Shown in pieces: positions 58,087 to 64,000 of a stretch of DNA of 64,000 nt. Made by a program: the position numbers and the translations under genes. Origin of the DNA: an uncultured bacterium (GTDB lineage: Bacteria; Planctomycetota; UBA1135; GCA-002686595); contig CALSNU010000002.1 in the NCBI GenBank assembly GCA_943787795.1, forward strand, positions 736,001-800,000, in the 5' to 3' direction. The stretch's first letter is position 1. Each line of letters opens with the position of its first letter. The notes beneath the pieces were generated by a model. It had not been told where the DNA came from and ran no database searches. It worked only from the letters and a program-made list of their open reading frames with translations.

Positions 58087-59109
58087 ATGCATCACTCAGC
58101 CCGCCCGCTCCTCGCCGTCCTCTCACTGGGCGTTGCACTCTCCGCTGCGGCCTGCAAGCCCAGCCAGTCAGGGGAAGTCCGTATCGCCTACGTCTCCAAC
58201 GGTGTGGATCCCTTCTGGGATGTGGCTGCTGCGGGAGCTCGAGCCGCGGAGGCCGAATTCGGGGTGGACGTCGAGGTGGTCTTTCCGTCCCCGGCGACGG
58301 CAGAGGTCCAGCAACAGAAGGTCCAGGATCTGTTGGTGCGAGGCATCGACGCCGTGGCCATCAGCCCGGTGGATGCGGAGAACATGACGCCGTTCCTGGA
58401 CACGCTGACCGAACGCGTTCACCTCATCACTCAGGACTCCGACGCTCCCAAGTCCAAGCGCCGGTGCTTCATCGGCGTGGACAACTACGAGGCCGGTCGG
58501 GCCTGCGGCGAGCTGCTCGTGGAGGCGCTCCCGGACGGCGGCGAGGTGGCGATCTTCGTCGGTCGTCTGGAGCAAGACAACGCCCGCCTTCGGCGCCAGG
58601 GCGTGATCGACGCGTTGCTGGGGCGCACACCGGACGCCACCCGTAGCGACGCGGTGGACGCGGCGCTCGCGGGCAACGGCTTCACGATCGTCGCCACGCG
58701 GACCGACGACTTTGACGCCGCGCGGGCCAAGTCCAACGTCGAGGACACCCTCGTCAAGTACCCCGAGCTCGCCGGCGTGGCGGGCCTCTTCGCTTACAAC
58801 GCGCCGGCGTGCGTCGAGGCGCTCAAGGGCGCCGGGCGGCTCGGCGAGGTGGCGATCGCCTCCTTCGACGAGCAGGACGCGACGCTGGACGGGATCGAGG
58901 CCGGGCACGTGCTCGGCACGGTGAGCCAGAACCCGTTCCAGTACGGCTACGAGTCGGTTCGGATCCTGAAGGCCCTGTGCGAGGGTGACGAGTCCGTTCT
59001 GCCCGAGGGCGGGACCCTCTCGACGCCCCCCACCGTCGTCAAGAAGGACAACCTTGAGGTCTTCCGCGCCAAGCTGAAGGCGGACATCGCCGCAGGCTCA
59101 GGCAAGTGA
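58087..59109 (+). CDS. Sugar ABC transporter substrate-binding lipoprotein (RbsB-like)
   Basis: Lipobox AAAC; DPFW, GIDAVAISPVD, DSDAP, IGVDNYEAG, QNPFQYGY. Confidence 0.92.
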   Translation: MHHSARPLLAVLSLGVALSAAACKPSQSGEVRIAYVSNGVDPFWDVAAAGARAAEAEFGVDVEVVFPSPATAEVQQQKVQDLLVRGIDAVAISPVDAENMTPFLDTLTERVHLITQDSDAPKSKRRCFIGVDNYEAGRACGELLVEALPDGGEVAIFVGRLEQDNARLRRQGVIDALLGRTPDATRSDAVDAALAGNGFTIVATRTDDFDAARAKSNVEDTLVKYPELAGVAGLFAYNAPACVEALKGAGRLGEVAIASFDEQDATLDGIEAGHVLGTVSQNPFQYGYESVRILKALCEGDESVLPEGGTLSTPPTVVKKDNLEVFRAKLKADIAAGSGK

Positions 59110-60629
59110 CGACGCGCCTCTCTGCCAGGGGCGTGGTCCGCCGCTTCCCCGGGGTGCTCGCCCTCGGTGGCGTCGACCTCGACGCCGGGCCGGGCGAGGT
59201 GGTGGCGCTCGTGGGAGAGAACGGGGCGGGGAAGAGCACCCTGCTCAAGTGCCTGGCCGGGCTGGAGCGGCCGGACGGAGGGTCGATGACGTACGAGGGC
59301 GGCGTCTGGGCGCCGCGCTCCACGGCCGAGGCCGCCAGCGGCGGCGTGGCCCTGGTACATCAGGAGCTCTGCCTCGCGGAGAACCTCTCCGCAGCGGAGA
59401 ACATCGGTCTCGGCCGTGAGCCGCGCCGCGGGTGGATGCCGCTCGTGGATCGCCAGGCGCTGCGGGAGCGCGCGGCCCACGCCCTCGAGCGAGTCGGCGC
59501 GACCTTCGGCCCGGACGTGAAGGTGGAGCGCCTCGCGGCGGGCCAGCGGCAGCTGGTGGAGATCGCCAAGGGGATCGACCAGGACGCGCGCGTGTTGATC
59601 CTCGACGAGCCGACCTCCAGCCTGACCTCGAAGGAGACTGCGCGACTGTTCGAGCTGGTCCACCAGCTCAGGGCGGACGACATCACGGTGCTCTACGTCT
59701 CCCATCGGCTGACCGAGATCCTGGAGCTGGCGGATCGTGCCTTCGTGCTGCGGGACGGCCAGAACGCGGGGCACCTCACCCGGGACGAGCTGACCCGCGA
59801 GGCCATGGTCCGGATGATGGTCGGGCGAGACCTCGCGCCGCCCGCGGCGCGCCCCGAGGCCGGCCGGGCCTCCAGCGCGCCCGTCCTCGAGCTCCGCGAG
59901 CTGGTGACCGACGCCTTCCCTGCCGCCGCGGTCGACCTCACCGTCCGCCCCGGCGAGCTGGTGGGGCTCGCGGGGCTGGTGGGCGCCGGCCGCACCGAGC
60001 TGCTGGAGACCGTGTTTGGCCTGCGGGCGTCCGTCTCCGGGGAGGTCCGGGTCAGCGGCCAGCCCGAGCGCTTCAGGGGGCCCCGCGACGCCGCGGCGGC
60101 GGGCCTCGCGCTCGTCCCCGAGGATCGCAAGCTTCAGGGCCTGCTGCTCGAGGAGGGGGTGCGGGTGAATACCGCCCTCGCGACCCTCGATCGCCGCCGC
60201 CGCCGGGGGCTGGTGGACGGGGCTGCCGAGCGCGCGGTGGCCGCGGCGCAGGTGGAGCGGCTGGGTGTTCGGACGGCCGGGATCGAGCAGGTGGTGCAGA
60301 CCCTCTCGGGGGGCAACCAGCAGAAGGTGGTCGTGGGCCGCTGGCTCGCAGCCGAGCCCTCGATCCTGCTCATGGATGAGCCGACCCGCGGCGTGGATGT
60401 GGGCGCCCGCGAGGAGCTCTATCTGCTCCTCGAGCGCCTCGCGGCCGACGGCTTGGCGGTGCTCTTCGCGTCGAGTGATATGGAGGAGCTCCTGCGCCTC
60501 GCCGATCGCGTGGTCGTGCTGCACGACGGGCAGGTCACTGGAACACTGGATCGAAGCGTGGCCACCGAGGAGGCGGTCATGGAGCTCGCCACCGGCGGCT
60601 CACGGGGATACGGAGTGACGACGACATGA
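59106..60629 (+). CDS. Sugar ABC transporter ATP-binding protein (RbsA-like)
   Basis: GENGAGKST, LDEPTSSL, VPEDRK, LSGGNQQKVV, DEPTRGVDVGA. Confidence 0.95.
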   Translation: MTTRLSARGVVRRFPGVLALGGVDLDAGPGEVVALVGENGAGKSTLLKCLAGLERPDGGSMTYEGGVWAPRSTAEAASGGVALVHQELCLAENLSAAENIGLGREPRRGWMPLVDRQALRERAAHALERVGATFGPDVKVERLAAGQRQLVEIAKGIDQDARVLILDEPTSSLTSKETARLFELVHQLRADDITVLYVSHRLTEILELADRAFVLRDGQNAGHLTRDELTREAMVRMMVGRDLAPPAARPEAGRASSAPVLELRELVTDAFPAAAVDLTVRPGELVGLAGLVGAGRTELLETVFGLRASVSGEVRVSGQPERFRGPRDAAAAGLALVPEDRKLQGLLLEEGVRVNTALATLDRRRRRGLVDGAAERAVAAAQVERLGVRTAGIEQVVQTLSGGNQQKVVVGRWLAAEPSILLMDEPTRGVDVGAREELYLLLERLAADGLAVLFASSDMEELLRLADRVVVLHDGQVTGTLDRSVATEEAVMELATGGSRGYGVTTT

Positions 60630-61678
60630 CGGATTCAACCGGCGCCCGCGAGGTGCAAGTGGACGGGAGCTCGCGGCTGGCGGGTTGGGGCAAGGTGCTC
60701 GGGATCTTCGGGCTCCTGGTGGCGATTGTCGTCACGACCGGCGCCATGAACCCGCGCTTCTTCGGGGCCGAGAACCTCGAGAACGTCCTCCAGCGCACCG
60801 CGCTCTTCGGGATCATCGGCATCGGCGCGGCGTTCCCGATTGTCACGGCGGGGATCGACCTCTCCATCGGCTCGGTCATTGCACTGGTGGCGACGTCGCT
60901 GCCGCTGCTGCTGGACGCGGGCGTCCCGGCGGGGGCGGCGGTGGTGGCCGTGCTCCTCCTCGCGGCGGGGCTGGGGGTCATTCACGGCCTCCTCATCACG
61001 CGCATGGGCCTCCAGCCCTTCGTGGTCACCCTCTGCGGCTTGCTGGTCTACCGCGGCGTGGCGCGGTACATCGTCGACGACCAGACCATGGGGTTTGGCT
61101 CCGACCATGACGGGCTCCGCTCGCTGGCGACCGGTCGCCCCTTCTCCATCGGCGCCCTCGACGTCCCGGCGCCGGCGCTGGTGCTGGTGGCCGTGGCGGT
61201 CCTCGCGGCAGTCTTCCTCGGGCGCAGCGTCTGGGGCCGCTGGATGCTGGCGCTGGGCCGGAACGCCACCGCTGCCCGCTACGCCGGCGTCCCCGTGGAG
61301 CGGGTCACCATCCTCGCCTACGTCATCTGCTCGCTGCTGGCCGGAGTGGGGGGCGTGCTGTTCGCCCTCGACGTGAACTCCGTTCAGCCAGCCAGCATGG
61401 GCAACTTCTACGAGCTCTACGCCATCGCAGCGGCCGTGCTGGGGGGGTGCAGCCTCCGAGGTGGAGAAGGGTCCATCCTCGGGGTGGTCCTCGGTGCGGC
61501 CGTGATGCGGTTGCTGTACAACTCGATCGTGCTGCTTGGCATCCCGAGCCAGCTTGAGTTCGCCATCGTCGGCGGGGTGCTCCTCCTGGGGGCGGTCGCG
61601 GATGAGGTGGTCCGGCGGCTCGCAGAGGCGCGCCGGGCGCGCGAGCGCGCCCGCGCGAGGACTGAAAGAACGACCTGA
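60626..61678 (+). CDS. Sugar ABC transporter permease (RbsC-like)
   Basis: GIDLSIGS, PFVVTL, YELYAIAAAVLGGCSLRGGEGS. Confidence 0.95.
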   Translation: MTDSTGAREVQVDGSSRLAGWGKVLGIFGLLVAIVVTTGAMNPRFFGAENLENVLQRTALFGIIGIGAAFPIVTAGIDLSIGSVIALVATSLPLLLDAGVPAGAAVVAVLLLAAGLGVIHGLLITRMGLQPFVVTLCGLLVYRGVARYIVDDQTMGFGSDHDGLRSLATGRPFSIGALDVPAPALVLVAVAVLAAVFLGRSVWGRWMLALGRNATAARYAGVPVERVTILAYVICSLLAGVGGVLFALDVNSVQPASMGNFYELYAIAAAVLGGCSLRGGEGSILGVVLGAAVMRLLYNSIVLLGIPSQLEFAIVGGVLLLGAVADEVVRRLAEARRARERARARTERTT

Positions 61679-62850
61679 TGGAAACCATGACTCGAACCGT
61701 GCTTCAAATCCCTCTCCTGCTGCTCCTCCTCGTGGCTCTGGTCGCATGCCGCGCGACCGGGACCGGGGACCCCGCCGCCTCGCCGGTCGACGTCCGCCCC
61801 TTCGGTGCGACGGCCGACGGCACCGAGGCGAACCTCTTTGTGCTGCGCAATGGCCGCGGGACCGAGGCGCACCTCACGGACTTCGGGGCGACGCTCGTGG
61901 CCATGAACGTCGCCGACCGTGACGGGGAGCGAGCTGATGTGGTGCTCGGGTTCGACGACGTCTCTGGCTACGAGAGTGACGCCAACCAGTACTTCGGGTC
62001 CACCGTGGGGCGCGTGGCGAACCGGGTCGCCGGCGGCCGGTTCACGCTCGAGGGCCGCACGTACCAGCTGGCCACGAACAACGACCCCAACCACCTCCAC
62101 GGCGGAGACCGGGGGTACAGCCACCTCATGTGGCGCGCCGAGCCGCACCCTGGACTCGCCTCGGTGACCTTCAGGCTCACCTCCGAGGACGGCGACGAGG
62201 GCTACCCAGGGCGCGTGGATGCGACGGTGACCTATACCCTGACCGAAGCCGACGAGCTCATCGTCGAGTATCGCGCCACCGCGGACCAGCCGACGCCGCT
62301 CAACCTCACGCACCACAGCTACTTCAACCTCGCGGGGGCGGGCAGCGCGTCGGTCCTGGGTCACGAGCTGCAGGTCAACGCGGACCGCTACACCCCCGCG
62401 GACGACACGCTGATCCCCACGGGCGCGGTCGAGTCGGTGGCGGGCACGCCCCTGGACTTCCGGACCCCCGAGCTCATCGGCGCGCGGATCGAGGAGCTGA
62501 GTGACACCTCGGCCCTGGGCTACGACCACAACTACGCGGTGCGCTCCAGCGCGCTCGAGGGCGGCCCGGAGGAGGTCATGGCTGCCGGGCCGGTGGCGGT
62601 GCTCTCCGACCCCGCTAGCGGGCGGACCCTGGAGCTCTTCACCGACCAGCCAGGCCTGCAGTTTTACTCGGGCAACTTTCTGAATGGCGCCACCGGCAAG
62701 GGCGGCGAGGTCTACGCGCATCGCTCGGGCTGCTGCCTGGAGACCCAGGGGTACCCCAACGCCATCAACGAGCCGGGCTTCCCCTCGGTGCTCCTCATGC
62801 CCGGCGAGGAATACCGCCAGTTCACCGTCCACCGCTTCCTCGCCAACTGA
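61678..62850 (+). CDS. galM: Aldose 1-epimerase (mutarotase) with a lipoprotein signal
   Basis: GRVANR, NHLHGG, NLTHHSYFNL, GYDHNY, QFYSGNFL, CLETQ; N-terminal LVAC. Confidence 0.93.
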   Translation: METMTRTVLQIPLLLLLLVALVACRATGTGDPAASPVDVRPFGATADGTEANLFVLRNGRGTEAHLTDFGATLVAMNVADRDGERADVVLGFDDVSGYESDANQYFGSTVGRVANRVAGGRFTLEGRTYQLATNNDPNHLHGGDRGYSHLMWRAEPHPGLASVTFRLTSEDGDEGYPGRVDATVTYTLTEADELIVEYRATADQPTPLNLTHHSYFNLAGAGSASVLGHELQVNADRYTPADDTLIPTGAVESVAGTPLDFRTPELIGARIEELSDTSALGYDHNYAVRSSALEGGPEEVMAAGPVAVLSDPASGRTLELFTDQPGLQFYSGNFLNGATGKGGEVYAHRSGCCLETQGYPNAINEPGFPSVLLMPGEEYRQFTVHRFLAN

Positions 62851-62870
62851 CCGCACCCAAGGACTCGCTC

Positions 62871-63623
62871 ATGTTTGACCTCAAAGGACGTGTCGCCCTC
62901 GTGACGGGCTCCACAACCGGCCTCGGCAAGGCCATGGCCTTCCACCTCGGACGGGCGGGCGCCAAGGTGGCCATCAACTTCGCGAACAACGAGCTCCGGG
63001 CGGCCAAGACGCTCGAGGAGTTCCGCGAGGAGGGGCTGGAGGGCGCGCTCTTCAAGGCGAGTGTGGTCGACGCCGAGAGCGTCGACGGGATGGTCAAGGA
63101 CATCGAGGCGGAGCTGGGACCCGTGGACATCGTGGTGTTCAACGCCACCCCGGACCAGCCGCAGATGCCCATCGAGGACTACGACTGGGCCTTCCATCAG
63201 TCGATGCTCGACTTCTTCGTCAAGAGCCCCTACCTGGTGACTCGCGCCGTCCTGCCGGGCATGAAGGCGCGCGGGCACGGGCGCATCATCAACATCGGCT
63301 CCGAGGTCTTTGACCGCGGTGTGCCGAACTTCAGCCCGTACGTGGCGGCCAAGGGGGCGCAGCGGGGTTGGACCCGCTCCATGTCCCAGGAGCTCGCGCC
63401 CTTTGGGATCACCGTCAACATGGTCTCACCGGGGTGGGTCCCCGTGGAGCGCCACGAGAACGACCCACAGGAGATGAAGGACGGCTATCGAGCCCTCATC
63501 CCCATGAATCGCTGGGGCAAGCCGGAGGACATCGCCGGCGCGGCCGTCTACTTCGCGAGCGATGAGGCCGGGTTCGTCACCGGTCAGACCCTGGTGGTCA
63601 ACGGTGGGATGACGGTCAGCTGA
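62871..63623 (+). CDS. SDR family oxidoreductase
   Basis: TGSTTGLG, GRIINIGS, YVAAK, ITVNMVSPG, VTGQTLVVNGG. Confidence 0.93.
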   Translation: MFDLKGRVALVTGSTTGLGKAMAFHLGRAGAKVAINFANNELRAAKTLEEFREEGLEGALFKASVVDAESVDGMVKDIEAELGPVDIVVFNATPDQPQMPIEDYDWAFHQSMLDFFVKSPYLVTRAVLPGMKARGHGRIINIGSEVFDRGVPNFSPYVAAKGAQRGWTRSMSQELAPFGITVNMVSPGWVPVERHENDPQEMKDGYRALIPMNRWGKPEDIAGAAVYFASDEAGFVTGQTLVVNGGMTVS

Positions 63624-63653
63624 TCCGCCTTTGGCCTGCGGGTCCCTCTCCTG

Positions 63654-64000
63654 ATGCCTCATACGTTCCTCACGGACATCGTGCTGCTCCTCGCAGCGTC
63701 GATCCCGATCGTCATCCTGCTCCGGCGCGTTCAGCTGCCGACGGTAGCTGGATTTGTCGTGGCGGGCGCCCTGTTTGGGCCGCATGCCCTGAGCTGGATC
63801 CGCTCGGTCGAGGAGGTGGAGGCGTTGGCCGAGATCGGGGTCGCGCTGCTGCTCTTCACCGTCGGGCTGGAGTTCTCGCTCCCCAGGCTCTTGCTCCTCA
63901 AGCGGGCTCTCCTGGTCGGCGGCTTCGGTCAGGTCTTGCTGACCCTCCTGGTCGTCGGGCTGGGCGGGGTCGCCCTCGGTCGCGACGTGTCTGGCTCGGT
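63654..64000 (+). CDS. CPA2-family cation:proton antiporter (KefB/C-like), partial
   Basis: Manual translation MPHTFLTDIVLLLAAS...LPTVAGFVVAGALFGP...LAEIGVALLLFTVGLEFS; open to the window end. Confidence 0.88.
   Translation, partial: MPHTFLTDIVLLLAASIPIVILLRRVQLPTVAGFVVAGALFGPHALSWIRSVEEVEALAEIGVALLLFTVGLEFSLPRLLLLKRALLVGGFGQVLLTLLVVGLGGVALGRDVSGS

Overview
High-GC bacterial DNA, very likely Planctomycetota (DUF1592/DUF1552 pair, sulfatases, FG-GAP and PQQ-like propellers, secreted proteins sharing a Cys-containing C-terminal domain). About 52 CDS can be supported; I saw no rRNA, tRNA, CRISPR array, integrase or transposase. Two things stand out. (1) A SAM-I/IV-type riboswitch on the minus strand (9021-9135; P1-P5, PK-2 and a plausible translational switch all readable) controls two proteins with no recognisable link to Met/SAM metabolism, one a 69-aa protein resembling an integrase arm-type DNA-binding domain. 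(2) A lower-GC island (14975-20990) encodes an ABC exporter, a DltA-like D-Ala ligase, a DltC-like carrier, a GNAT, a hexapeptide acyltransferase and its own alanine racemase, but no DltB/DltD, making it a candidate non-canonical D-alanylation system. The island lies between degenerate direct repeats and is followed by a chimeric scar made of diverged copies of the dnaE2 and CRTAC1-like gene ends. Also present: a dnaE2 without adjacent imuAB, three apparent +1 frameshifts (possibly sequencing errors), a sugar ABC/galM/SDR operon, outer-membrane lipoprotein genes and several short tandem repeats. All family calls come from motif recognition by eye, not database searches.
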